64,000 bases of DNA, from contig DASPYU010000015.1 in the NCBI GenBank assembly GCA_035636595.1, positions 168-64,167 on the forward strand, read 5' to 3'. The notes beneath the pieces were generated by a model. The model was not told where the DNA came from. It saw only the letters and a program-made list of their open reading frames with translations, and did not search any database. Shown here in pieces: positions 19,846 through 29,520 of this stretch. The translations under genes were made by a program, and so were the position numbers. The stretch's first letter is position 1. The number at the start of each line of letters is the position of its first letter. The DNA comes from Thermoplasmata archaeon. GTDB taxonomy: Archaea; Thermoplasmatota; Thermoplasmata; RBG-16-68-12.

Positions 19846-20664
19846 TCACGACGCTTCTTTGATCCAGCCGAGTCGCTTCGCCTTGCTCGCTTCGACGTCG
19901 GCCGCGTTGCGGAAATCGGACTCGGCCTCGGCCAAGTATTCGACCGCGAGCCGCAATCCCTCTCGGGTCGGGGCCTTCACGTCGACACCGGCGCGGGTGA
20001 GTTGCTGCCGCACGATCGGCATCGCAGCCTCCTGGCCTCCCATGAAGTCGCAGAAATCCATGATGATCGCGTCCGTCACGAGGATGAATTCGTTCGCGAC
20101 ATCGTCGATGACCGTCCCCTTCGCAAGCTTCGCGTCGACTTCGCCGATGACGGCCTTCGCGAGGCCGAAGAAACCCGCCTCGACGTTTTCGCCGGTCTTC
20201 GCGGAACTCAGGAATCCGTTGACGTCGAGCATCTCCTTCAGCTCATCCAACGCATCCTGCGCTTCCCGGCGCGAGGTCGCGAGGTCCACTTTGTTGCCCA
20301 CCACGACGATCGGGATCATGTCCGTCACCGCGAGCAGATGCGGGATCCAGTAATCCTGGAGGCTCTCCGCCGTCTCCGGCCGGCTCACGTCGTACACGAG
20401 GAGCGCGCCTTTCGCTCCCTGGAACGAGCTGTCCTGGATTCCCTTGTAGCCCTTCTGCCCGAGGACGTCCCAGATCATGAACGTCAGGTTCGTCGCGTGG
20501 CTCGGCGTCTCGATCCGCAGGTCCTTCTTCGTGACCTTCGTCCCGATCGTCGTGATGTACTCGTCGGAAAACTTGTCGACCACGAAGCGGCGGATGAGGC
20601 TCGTTTTCCCCACGGCGCCGTCGCCGAGGAGGAGAACCTTTCGCTTGATATGGTCATCAACCAT
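19846..20664 (-). CDS. Rab/Ras-like small GTPase with C-terminal helical extension
   Basis: G1 GDGAVGKT, G2 TIGT, G3 WDVLGQ, G4 NKVD, G5 SAK. Confidence 0.92.
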   Translation of the reverse strand: MVDDHIKRKVLLLGDGAVGKTSLIRRFVVDKFSDEYITTIGTKVTKKDLRIETPSHATNLTFMIWDVLGQKGYKGIQDSSFQGAKGALLVYDVSRPETAESLQDYWIPHLLAVTDMIPIVVVGNKVDLATSRREAQDALDELKEMLDVNGFLSSAKTGENVEAGFFGLAKAVIGEVDAKLAKGTVIDDVANEFILVTDAIIMDFCDFMGGQEAAMPIVRQQLTRAGVDVKAPTREGLRLAVEYLAEAESDFRNAADVEASKAKRLGWIKEAS

Positions 20665-20738
20665 GGCGACGCCGTCCCATGCGGACCCCGCGCTTATAAC
20701 GCTTGCTGGCTCAATGTCACTCGTGCGAATACGCGGGC

Positions 20739-21758
20739 CTAGTTCGGATGGAACCGGAGGCGCGGACGCATGAACCGGTGGGCGATCGCGTCGGCCTGCG
20801 GCAGGAGCGCGAGGTTCCCGTCCCACTTCGACAGGATGTCCCAGTGGGATCGCTCGAACTCCCACACCGCGATCTGCAACTTGCGCGGCAGTCCGTTCAC
20901 ATAGCGCCCCAGGATCACCGCGGCGAGGACCGTGTGCGATCCGCGGACCATGAGCACCTGGCGTTGGCCGAAGCGCAGCTGCTCGAGGGACCCGCGGCGA
21001 TCGTCGAAGGAATCACGCACGAATTCCTGGAGCACGATCAGCATCCCGCTGATGATGTCGCTGTCGTGGACCATCCCGGTCTTGCGCGACCAGTGGCGGA
21101 TCAGCATGCCGCTGTCGTGCATCAGATAGAGTTCCTCGAGGCGCGCGCGTCGGATCGCATACAGCCCGAGGCCGAGGACTCCTGCGCTCCCAAGTCCCGC
21201 TGCCGCCGCGGCGGCGAGATTGACGGGAACGGGAGGCGCAACGTAGTTCAGCGCGAACGTGAGCGAGCGATAGATCGTACGGGGCCGGGCGCCGTCCAAG
21301 TCGGTGTACACGACCGTCACGTTTACGGTCGTGAAGATCGGCTTCGTGGAGGTCCGCGTCATCATCGTCGAGATGTTGAACCACTGGTCTCCGCGGACAT
21401 CGTCCGCATGACCAATAAACTCCGACGTCCCCTGATACGTGAGCTCGGGCCCGAACATCGCGGTGATGTCGACCGTTTTGGCCATCGTCTCATTCAGCGT
21501 CGCCTGGTCGCTCGATGAGTACGGAGAGTCGAGCCAGAAATTGAAGTCGACGCGCGGCGCACTGCGGTCGATGATGATGACGGCGAGTTGGAAATACGAG
21601 CGGGGCATCGCAGCGTTGGCGAGGCTTGTGACGAGAAGGCTCGCGAGGAGGGCCAAGGCCGCACCCAAGATGATTCGCGAGATTCGTAGTTGGCCCGTTC
21701 GCACCGGTTGGCGCCCCCCCAACCTGAGTCGCTCGAAGATCGCGACGGCGGTGAACAT
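20739..21758 (-). CDS. Membrane-anchored protein: signal/TM, extracellular beta domain, TM, cytoplasmic longin/roadblock-like domain
   Basis: Two hydrophobic segments. C-terminal LEELYLMHDSGMLIRH...DSDIISGMLIVLQEFVRDSF...LEQLRFGQRQVLMVRG. The fold assignment is inference. Confidence 0.7.
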   Translation of the reverse strand: MFTAVAIFERLRLGGRQPVRTGQLRISRIILGAALALLASLLVTSLANAAMPRSYFQLAVIIIDRSAPRVDFNFWLDSPYSSSDQATLNETMAKTVDITAMFGPELTYQGTSEFIGHADDVRGDQWFNISTMMTRTSTKPIFTTVNVTVVYTDLDGARPRTIYRSLTFALNYVAPPVPVNLAAAAAAGLGSAGVLGLGLYAIRRARLEELYLMHDSGMLIRHWSRKTGMVHDSDIISGMLIVLQEFVRDSFDDRRGSLEQLRFGQRQVLMVRGSHTVLAAVILGRYVNGLPRKLQIAVWEFERSHWDILSKWDGNLALLPQADAIAHRFMRPRLRFHPN

Positions 21759-21859
21759 TCGTGAAGGGTCTATTTAATGTTCCTGTCGTCGTCTCGGGAC
21801 TCGAAAAAATATTCGCCATTCTGATTATCACGAACCCGGGACGGCCTGTGACGCTATCG

Positions 21860-22465
21860 TTAGGGCGAATCGCGCATTGCGAGGAACTCCGCGATGCCCG
21901 CGCCGGCGATCGGGGTCCGATGTCGCACCCGCGCCCACGTTTCTGGGAGGCCGAGGGCCATTGCCGCCTCCTGAAGGGTCCCCCGCGGGGCGTGCTTGCC
22001 GCGGAGTGAGTAGAGTGGGACCTGGACCTGGTCCCGTTCAATCGCCGCCACGAACGCCGGGTTCGACGGAAGGCTCGCGAACCCCGCCAGGATCGGTCGA
22101 TCTCTTGTCCGCCCTAGGACTGCCCGGATCGGCAGGAGTCCTTGGTGCTCCTTCGCACTCCAGGCGGGATGGTCCTGGCGTAGCTCCGCGTCCAATCGCC
22201 GCGCCTCCTGTCGGTCCAGCGCAATGACCTCGATTCGGTAGTCGAAGTGGGCCTTGGCCCTCCGGGCGGCAAGGACATCGGGCGCCCCCTCGGCGCCGGC
22301 CACGACGCACAGCAGATCGCACCGCTTCCGTGCCACCATGCCAACGAGCATGCTCCCCAAGCCTCCCGAGAACGCGAGGACGACGCGGTCGTGGCGCTCG
22401 ACCGTCGATTCGATCTCGGCCTCGAGCGCCGCGAGGAACGGTGCGACGGGCCGCCGCCCCGTCAT
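21860..22465 (-). CDS. Asparagine synthase C-terminal-like protein (short, degenerate)
   Basis: VVLAFSGGLGS PP-loop variant; overlaps the glyS stop region as if in an operon. Confidence 0.6.
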   Translation of the reverse strand: MTGRRPVAPFLAALEAEIESTVERHDRVVLAFSGGLGSMLVGMVARKRCDLLCVVAGAEGAPDVLAARRAKAHFDYRIEVIALDRQEARRLDAELRQDHPAWSAKEHQGLLPIRAVLGRTRDRPILAGFASLPSNPAFVAAIERDQVQVPLYSLRGKHAPRGTLQEAAMALGLPETWARVRHRTPIAGAGIAEFLAMRDSP

Positions 22466-22469
22466 ACGA

Positions 22470-23951
22470 TCACGCGAAGGGCGCCGCGCCGGAGAGGAGC
22501 GCCGCGAGCATTTCCGGCAGCTTCGTGTCCGGGATCCGGATCTGTTTCTGGGAGTCTCGCTCGCGGATCGTGACGCCCCTCCCCGCCAGGGTCTCGTGAT
22601 CGACGGTCACGGAGTACGGTGTGCCGATCTCGTCCATGCGCGCGTACCGCCGTCCGATCGAACCGGAGTCGTCGTAGAACGCGGTGAAGCGTTTCCGCAG
22701 GTCCGCGAAGAGCGCCTCGGCCCGCTCCGGGAGGCCGTCCTTGCTGACGAGGGGGAAGACCGCGACCGCGACGGGGGCGAGTCGCGGCGGGAGCCGGAGG
22801 ACGAGCCGTTCCCCTTTCGCATACGCCAGATCGAGGACGGCCCACGCATTGCGGTCGACGCCGAAGGACAGTTCGAGGACGTGCGGCACTAGCTTTGAGG
22901 TGCCGAACGTCACCGACTGCTTCTGGTGCGACCCGGCCTCGTGGCCCTTCAGGTCGTGGTCGGTCCGATAGTGGACCCCGCCGACTTCCTTGAAGCCGCC
23001 GAGGCTCTCCTGCCGAACCTGCACGTCGAAGTGGATCTTGTTGTAGAAGGCCCGCTCCTTTTCGTCGAGCTCCGCGAACCGGAACGCATCGCGCGGGACG
23101 CGCAGCGCGTCCAGAAAGAATCGCTGGACCATCACGAGATGATAGACGTACCACGGCGGCAAGTCGCGAGCCACGAGTTCCTTCGCGGGGATGTCGTGGG
23201 CCGAGGCGGCGTTCTTCTCCGCACTCCACGCGATCCGCACGCGATCGGCCGCAACCGCGTCGAACGGCAGCTGGTCCGCGAAGGTCTCGGGGTCGAAGAA
23301 GATCTGGAGTTCCGCCTGGAGGAACTCCCGCATCCGGTACGTGCCTTGCCGCGGGCTGATCTCATTCCGGTATGCGCGGCCGACAATCGCGAGGCCCATC
23401 GGAAGCTTCCGCCGCAGCGCCTCGAACTCGCGCTTGAAGTTCAGGAAGACGCCCTGCGCGGTCTCCGGCCGCAGGTAGGCGCGGTCCTTCCCGGTCGGCC
23501 CGATCCCCAGGGGGAACATCATGTTGAACTCGCGCGCTGGGCCGAGTTGGCCTTTGCAGTTGGGGCATCGGATCTTGAGGTCGCGGATCTGCGCATCGAT
23601 CTCCGCCGGCGTGAGGCCTTCGCGCTCTTCATGCGTCGCCGCCTCGAGGAGATGGTCGCCGCGGTAGGATTCACCGCAGCGGGTGCACGTCACGAGGATG
23701 TCCGTGAAGTGGTCCACGTGGCCCGAGGCCTTGAGCGCGGCCTCCGGCAGGATCGTCGTCGTGTCGATTAGATAGTAATTGTCGGAGAGGCCGAGGAAGG
23801 TCTCGATCCACAGGTCCTCCCATCGTCGACGCAGCAGGACGCCGTTGTGGCCGTAGTCATAGAAGCCCGCGAACCCTCCATACAAGTCGACGGCGGGCCA
23901 GAGGAAGCCGCGGCGGACCGACAGCGACATCACGTCGTCGTAGGAGGCCAT
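22470..23951 (-). CDS. glyS: Glycyl-tRNA synthetase (archaeal/eukaryal type)
   Basis: SGHVDHFTD, YLRPETAQG, YRNEISPRQG, SIGRRYARMDEIGTPY. Confidence 0.96.
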   Translation of the reverse strand: MASYDDVMSLSVRRGFLWPAVDLYGGFAGFYDYGHNGVLLRRRWEDLWIETFLGLSDNYYLIDTTTILPEAALKASGHVDHFTDILVTCTRCGESYRGDHLLEAATHEEREGLTPAEIDAQIRDLKIRCPNCKGQLGPAREFNMMFPLGIGPTGKDRAYLRPETAQGVFLNFKREFEALRRKLPMGLAIVGRAYRNEISPRQGTYRMREFLQAELQIFFDPETFADQLPFDAVAADRVRIAWSAEKNAASAHDIPAKELVARDLPPWYVYHLVMVQRFFLDALRVPRDAFRFAELDEKERAFYNKIHFDVQVRQESLGGFKEVGGVHYRTDHDLKGHEAGSHQKQSVTFGTSKLVPHVLELSFGVDRNAWAVLDLAYAKGERLVLRLPPRLAPVAVAVFPLVSKDGLPERAEALFADLRKRFTAFYDDSGSIGRRYARMDEIGTPYSVTVDHETLAGRGVTIRERDSQKQIRIPDTKLPEMLAALLSGAAPFA

Positions 23952-24034
23952 CGTCGCCGGAAAGCGAGCGGGCGGGATAAAAGGATGCGGTGGCGGCCTC
24001 CGGTGAGGCAAGAAATCTCTGCGACTTGGAGGAC

Positions 24035-25147
24035 TCACCGGTGGCGAGCTCGTTGTCCGCGTTGCTTCGTAGCCGGACCATCGCCGGGCCAAGTGCGTCC
24101 GCCCGTCACGACGAGTCGGGTGTCGCTCGCGGTCGCGCGCATGAGCGAGGCGAATCCGCTCGGGCCCCCGGGCAAGTCGAAGACGATGAGATCGGCGCGT
24201 TCACCGACCCGGATCGAACACGAGGATTCCGGGTCCGCGAGCCGGCGACCTCGCAAGGCCATCCCGAAGATCTCACGCGCCGGCACGTCGCCCTTCATGC
24301 GGGCGATACGGTAGGCGAATTCGATCTCGCGGATCATGGAGGGGACGTTGATCATCGCGTTGTCCGTTCCGAGTCGCACGTCGACGCCCGTGCGGGCCAT
24401 CCGCGGAATGTCCGGCGTCATTCCGAAGAATGCGTTCGAGCGAGGGCACACGACGATGGGTACGCGCGCGTCCGCGCATCGCTCCAGATCCGACTCCGTC
24501 GCCTGCACCATGTGCACGAGGAACGCCGGCTTGAGGTCGAGGACTCGGTCGATGTCCTCCCGGATTCGTTCCGAGCAATGGATCGCGAAGAGTTTCTTTG
24601 CACGTCGAACGTCGGCAGCGATTTTTTCGATTTGTCCCGCCGGCCAATCGACATACGAGCTGAGGGCAATGCCATCGGATGCGCGCAAGATCGCTCCGAC
24701 TTCCCGTGGATCGTAGGTCAAAGCGCTCGGGCGAGCAAGGGCGATTCCCTGGAGCGGCAATGCGGAAACGGCCGCATAGAGCAACTTGAGGCCCTTGAGC
24801 CCGCCCTCCCGAAAATCGCTGAAGCCGGTCGTGCCGGTGCGGAGCATCGTCGCCATGGCCCGGCGCATCGCGGCGATCACGGCCTCGTCCTTCGCACGGG
24901 CGAGGACCCGGTGCTTGAGTCCGTGCGGCGGAGCGACGAGCTCTTCAATCGTGCCCTTCAACTCCTGCGTCACGACCGCATCCCCGAGGTGCGTGTGTGC
25001 GTTCCAAAGACCGGGAACGATTAGGCCCTCCGCGATCGGCTGTCCGACGCGGCCGGCCCGAGTCTCGACGATGACGCCGTCTTCCCATCCGACGGTCCCT
25101 TGACGAAAGCGTCGTCCGTCGTAGAAGGAGCCCGCGACCCGTTCCAC
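24035..25147 (-). CDS. Amidohydrolase family metal-dependent deaminase
   Basis: NAHTHLGD, IHCSE, VHM, CPRSN and LGTD motifs. Confidence 0.88.
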   Translation of the reverse strand: MERVAGSFYDGRRFRQGTVGWEDGVIVETRAGRVGQPIAEGLIVPGLWNAHTHLGDAVVTQELKGTIEELVAPPHGLKHRVLARAKDEAVIAAMRRAMATMLRTGTTGFSDFREGGLKGLKLLYAAVSALPLQGIALARPSALTYDPREVGAILRASDGIALSSYVDWPAGQIEKIAADVRRAKKLFAIHCSERIREDIDRVLDLKPAFLVHMVQATESDLERCADARVPIVVCPRSNAFFGMTPDIPRMARTGVDVRLGTDNAMINVPSMIREIEFAYRIARMKGDVPAREIFGMALRGRRLADPESSCSIRVGERADLIVFDLPGGPSGFASLMRATASDTRLVVTGGRTWPGDGPATKQRGQRARHR

Positions 25148-25241
25148 AATCGCGCGAAGGGGCGGCCTTCGCTTAACTTTGGCGGCCTCTGGCGAGTCGT
25201 CTCGGAATCTTTATGGCGTAGGACATTTTCCTCGCGACCGC

Positions 25242-25315
25242 GCCGCCATAGCTCAGCCCGGCAGAGCGGCAGTTTCGTAAACTGCAGGTCGGGGGATCGA
25301 AGCCCCCTGGCGGCT
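25242..25315 (+). tRNA. tRNA-Thr(CGT)
   Basis: Acceptor GCCGCCA/TGGCGGC; anticodon arm GCAGT-TTCGTAA-ACTGC; T arm GGGGG-ATCGAAG-CCCCC; no encoded CCA. Confidence 0.92.
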
Positions 25316-25438
25316 CCCTACATTCGGTGAAAACCGCAGTCTCAATTCCGATAACGCCACGAGTCGCGCCGGGTTTCGGGCCAAAGGTATTTGCGGGGCA
25401 CCGCCTTCGCGGCGGCCAGCCCGGAGGAGGGCGTTCGA

Positions 25439-26797
25439 ATGCGTCATGCATTGATCCTGATGTTGGTGGTGGCAGTCTCGTTCTCGATGCTCGCGTCCGC
25501 GGTCAGCGCCGGCAGACCTGGCCCCTCGAGCTCGGGGACGACTTCGTTTACGACGAGCGAACTCTTGAGAGACAACGGGAGCAGCGAGCCGGCCGTAACA
25601 ATCGGCGCGGACGGAACGGTCGTGTACACAGCCCTGTCATGGCAACTGTTCCAGACGAATACCTGGAAGTCACCGTTTGGGAGTACTCCCGTTTTCCAGG
25701 GAGCTCCCGACGCGCACATCGACGGCGCGATTGGCGGCGAAGACGCGGACGTCGATCTCGGGTCCACGGGGACACTTCATTTCGCGACTCTGATGGCGAT
25801 TCCCAACAACCCATTCACCGCCGCACGGTTCGGCATCTCGTCGATCACGTGCCCGAACGCCGACACGTCGAACAACTTCGCGAACTGCAAGGCGCAGCTC
25901 ATCGACACGACCCAGGCGGACCGGCAATGGATCACATCCGACGGCCCCACCGTCTACATCTCGTACCACGACAGCGGCTCGAGCACGCTGATCCACGTCC
26001 AGCGTTCCGATGACGACGGCTTCACGTGGTTCCGAGTCGGGGACCCGATCCCCGGCCAGGGCGGATCGACGGGCATGTCAACGTTCAACAACGATCAGGG
26101 CCCGATCGTGGCGGACCCGACGACCCACTCCGTCTTCGACATCTACGCAGCCGGTCAGGGCGGACTCCAAAAGGGGACGAACGCGAACTTCAATAACATC
26201 TTCGTATCGCGCAGCACGGACAAGGGCCTGACCTGGACCCCCACGCTCGTCTACCACGCGCCGGTGAACACGGCACTGAACAACGTCTTCCCCGCGCTCG
26301 CGGTGGACCCGACGAACGGGAAGCTGTACGCCTCTTGGTCGGACGCCCACACAGTCTGGTTCTCCGCCTCCAATGACCACGGTGCAACATGGACGGCCGC
26401 CGTCGGCGTGAACACGGGAGACGCGCACACGGCCGTGTTCCCCTGGGTGGCGGCGTACGCCGGGACCGTCGACGTCGTGTACTACGGCACGACCGCCGCG
26501 AGCAAGGACGATCCGACGGCCGTGTGGAACACGTACCTCGCGAAGACGACGGACGACGGCGCGACGTTCACGCAGGTCGCGGTGTCGGCTCACCCGAACC
26601 ACGTCGGCGTGGTGTGCACGTTCGGCACGGGCTGCGCGCGTGGGACGCGGAACCTTCTCGACCTGTTCGAGGTCGCGATCAATCCGCAGAACGGCAAGGC
26701 GGCCGTCATCTTCACGGACGACACGCTGACGACGTACACCCGGTCGGACGGGACCGTCGCACCGCTGCCGCAGGTCATCGTGGCCCAGGAGATCTAA
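25439..26797 (+). CDS. Secreted BNR/Asp-box (sialidase-like) beta-propeller protein
   Basis: Signal peptide MRHALILMLVVAVSF; Asp boxes SDDDGFTW, STDKGLTW, SNDHGATW, TTDDGATF; GGAGG RBS. Confidence 0.85.
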   Translation: MRHALILMLVVAVSFSMLASAVSAGRPGPSSSGTTSFTTSELLRDNGSSEPAVTIGADGTVVYTALSWQLFQTNTWKSPFGSTPVFQGAPDAHIDGAIGGEDADVDLGSTGTLHFATLMAIPNNPFTAARFGISSITCPNADTSNNFANCKAQLIDTTQADRQWITSDGPTVYISYHDSGSSTLIHVQRSDDDGFTWFRVGDPIPGQGGSTGMSTFNNDQGPIVADPTTHSVFDIYAAGQGGLQKGTNANFNNIFVSRSTDKGLTWTPTLVYHAPVNTALNNVFPALAVDPTNGKLYASWSDAHTVWFSASNDHGATWTAAVGVNTGDAHTAVFPWVAAYAGTVDVVYYGTTAASKDDPTAVWNTYLAKTTDDGATFTQVAVSAHPNHVGVVCTFGTGCARGTRNLLDLFEVAINPQNGKAAVIFTDDTLTTYTRSDGTVAPLPQVIVAQEI

Positions 26798-28146
26798 GGA
26801 TCGCCCGCCGTCGCGGGCGACCGTCGCGCGAGCGAGTGCTCGACCCTCGAGAGGGTCACATGGAGCCCCGCCGCGAGCGCGAACGACGGCAACGTCGCTC
26901 CAATCGGTAGCCCGAAGAGGACGATCACGAAGTACAACGCCGCTCCGGGGATCCAGGAGGCGAACGCGGGCCATCGCCACCGAGGCGCCGCCTCGAAGAA
27001 GTCTCCCTTCGAGTAATGGTTCCTGCGCACGATGAACGAGTCCGCGATCACGACGCCGAGGAGCGGGACGAACAAGCCTCCAACCAGGAGGAGAAATCCC
27101 TCGTAGCTGCCGCCGATCCCTTCGCCACGCGCCCAAAGGAGGCCGGCGCCGGCCATGGCGATGCCCGTGGCGGCGAGGATGAACGCGAGCTGGCGTCGTC
27201 GCGGCGTGAGGTTCTGGATTGAGACGGCGGTCGAGTAGACGTTCGCGAATGCGTTGTCCGTCTCGTCCACGAGGATGATGAGCAGCGGGAATGCGCCGAG
27301 GCCCAGGAGGCCGATCACCGCCAGGAAGTTCGTCTCGCCCTGGGAGAGCCCGAGGGCCACCAAGCCCGCGCCGAGGACGTAGAACACGGTGTTCGCGATC
27401 GTGTATCCCGCGGTCGTGCCGAGGACGGAATCCCGGCCGGATCGCTCGAAGCGGTTGTAGTCCGAGACCAGCGGCCACCAGGAGACGGGCATCGCGATGA
27501 CCAGATCGAGCCCGAGGAGCAGCGAGGTTGTGCCCGAGAACAGAGCGGGTTGGAACCGGATCCCCGGATCGGGTCCTCGAAGCAGGAGCGCGATCGCGAT
27601 GGCGGCGGTCGACGCGTACACGAGCCAGATCGCGAAGCGTTCGAGCCATCCGCGGACGACCGCGAGCGGGCCGCCAATCGCGAGGCCCGCCACGATCGCA
27701 CCGAAGATTGGGACGAAGAGGGCGGCGGTCCACGGTCCAAACACATCCCCGAGTAGCGTTGCGGCGGCAATTCCCATGACGAGCAGTTCGAACGCCGCCC
27801 ATCCGAGCAACTGGAACACGTTCAGAACGGTCGGCACGTACGAGCCCCGCTTCCCGAGGATCGGCCGTAGGCTCACCATCGTGGGTACGCCCGCACGGCT
27901 CCCGTGATGCGCGGCGGCCGCGAGCATGCAACTCCCGATGACGGAGCCGACCACGGCGACCGCGGCGGACTCCCACACGGTGAGCCCGAGCCCGACTCCG
28001 ACGACGAGGAGCGTGCCCGCGGCGAGGACGAGGAGGCCGACGCCCAGGCTCGACCACAGGACGAAGAGGTCGAACGTCCGCAGGATGCGAAGCGACTCAG
28101 GAACGGGCTCGACGCCCCACTCCGGCGGCCGGCGAAAGCGCGCCAT
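26794..28146 (-). CDS. NCS1-family nucleobase/HMP permease (CytX-like)
   Basis: About 12 TM; MPVSWWPLVSDYNRF and DETDNAFANVYS motifs. Confidence 0.85.
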   Translation of the reverse strand: MARFRRPPEWGVEPVPESLRILRTFDLFVLWSSLGVGLLVLAAGTLLVVGVGLGLTVWESAAVAVVGSVIGSCMLAAAAHHGSRAGVPTMVSLRPILGKRGSYVPTVLNVFQLLGWAAFELLVMGIAAATLLGDVFGPWTAALFVPIFGAIVAGLAIGGPLAVVRGWLERFAIWLVYASTAAIAIALLLRGPDPGIRFQPALFSGTTSLLLGLDLVIAMPVSWWPLVSDYNRFERSGRDSVLGTTAGYTIANTVFYVLGAGLVALGLSQGETNFLAVIGLLGLGAFPLLIILVDETDNAFANVYSTAVSIQNLTPRRRQLAFILAATGIAMAGAGLLWARGEGIGGSYEGFLLLVGGLFVPLLGVVIADSFIVRRNHYSKGDFFEAAPRWRWPAFASWIPGAALYFVIVLFGLPIGATLPSFALAAGLHVTLSRVEHSLARRSPATAGDP

Positions 28147-28194
28147 CCCGTGCTCAAAGACTTACGATATATAACGTATTGGCGGCCGGCGCGC

Positions 28195-29442
28195 TCACGT
28201 CGCGCCCTTCCCGAACTTCGCGTACGAACGGCGGAGCGCGGTGACCAAGGGGAGTTCCTTCCCGGCGAGGAAGTTGATCAGCGCGCCGCCCCCCGTGCTC
28301 ACGTGATCGATCTGATCTCGGAGGCCGAACTGCTCGACCGCCGCGACCGTGTGGCCTCCGCCGACAATCGAGAATCCGTCCGCCTCCGCGACCGCGGTCA
28401 GGAGTTCCCTCGTGCCCACGGAGAACGGCTCGAGTTCGAACACGCCCGCGGGACCGTTGAAGAAGATCGTCTTGGCGCGGCGGATCTCGTCGACGAAGTG
28501 CGCGATGGTGTCGAGGCCGATGTCGTAGATCGGCAACTTCGCCGGGAGCGACCGCAACGAGACGGGCTTCCGCTCGCCGTGATCGTTCAGGACCGCATCG
28601 GTCGGGAGCACGATGCGCCCCGGGTACTTCGCGAGCATGCGCTTCCCCTCCGCGACGCGGGCGTCGTAGTCGTCGATCTCCTTCCGCATGAACTCCGTCG
28701 TCGGCGAGCCGGGATCGATCCCCGATGCATCGAGGAGGAGGTTCGCGACCCCGCCGGATGCCAGGACCTTGTCCGCGATCCCTTTCTCGAGCATGTGCTT
28801 CGCGACCGCGATCGAGTCATCCGCCTTCACGCCGCCGAGGTGCGCCACCTTCGGATGGGCGGGATCCTGGACCGCTTTCGCGAGCATCGTGAGTTCCTTC
28901 TCCATGACGCGTCCCGCGAGGGACGGGAGGACCTCGCAGAATCCGACGAGGCTCGGCTGCGCGCGATGCGCCGCGGCGAAGGCGTCGAGGACGAAGTAGT
29001 CCGCGAGGGGCGCGAGCTTCTGGACGATGTGCGTCTTCGCCATCTTCTCGAGCTTCGCGTCCGCGAGGGCTTCTTCCTCGGAGTAGAAGCGCGTGTTCTC
29101 GAGGACGACGACGTCCCCCGGGTGCATCGATTGGACCGCCTCGAGGGCCGGCCGTCCGAACAGGCTCGGCACGAACCGCACGGGCCTCCCGAGGAGCGAC
29201 GCGATCCGTTCCGCGTGGACCTCGAGGCTCGTGAAGTCGTCCTTGCCGGGCCGCGACTGGTGCGCGAGGAGCGCGACCTTCGCATGGCGGAGTTCGCGGA
29301 TCGTCGTGAGGTGTTCGCGGATGCGTGCGTCGTTCAGGAGTTGGCCCGTCCCGGGATCGATGGGCGAATTGATGTCGACCCGGAGAAGGACCGTGCGACC
29401 CTCGAGGTCGAAGTCGTCCATCGTGAAGAAATCGCGAGCCAT
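28195..29442 (-). CDS. pgk: Phosphoglycerate kinase
   Basis: RVDINSP, AHQSRPG, LENTRF, DAFAAAHR, GGGHT, STGGGA. Confidence 0.97.
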   Translation of the reverse strand: MARDFFTMDDFDLEGRTVLLRVDINSPIDPGTGQLLNDARIREHLTTIRELRHAKVALLAHQSRPGKDDFTSLEVHAERIASLLGRPVRFVPSLFGRPALEAVQSMHPGDVVVLENTRFYSEEEALADAKLEKMAKTHIVQKLAPLADYFVLDAFAAAHRAQPSLVGFCEVLPSLAGRVMEKELTMLAKAVQDPAHPKVAHLGGVKADDSIAVAKHMLEKGIADKVLASGGVANLLLDASGIDPGSPTTEFMRKEIDDYDARVAEGKRMLAKYPGRIVLPTDAVLNDHGERKPVSLRSLPAKLPIYDIGLDTIAHFVDEIRRAKTIFFNGPAGVFELEPFSVGTRELLTAVAEADGFSIVGGGHTVAAVEQFGLRDQIDHVSTGGGALINFLAGKELPLVTALRRSYAKFGKGAT

Positions 29443-29520
29443 CCGGACGCGGCAAAATCCCGGCGCATAATAGTCTTTTGCAGGCTCCGTGGAGATGTAT
29501 AGTGATTCAGAGGCTTCTCA

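Noticed and set aside
28147-28194. TPP riboswitch upstream of the CytX-like permease
   Set aside because: The intergenic gap is only ~48 nt and lacks the CTGAGA core.
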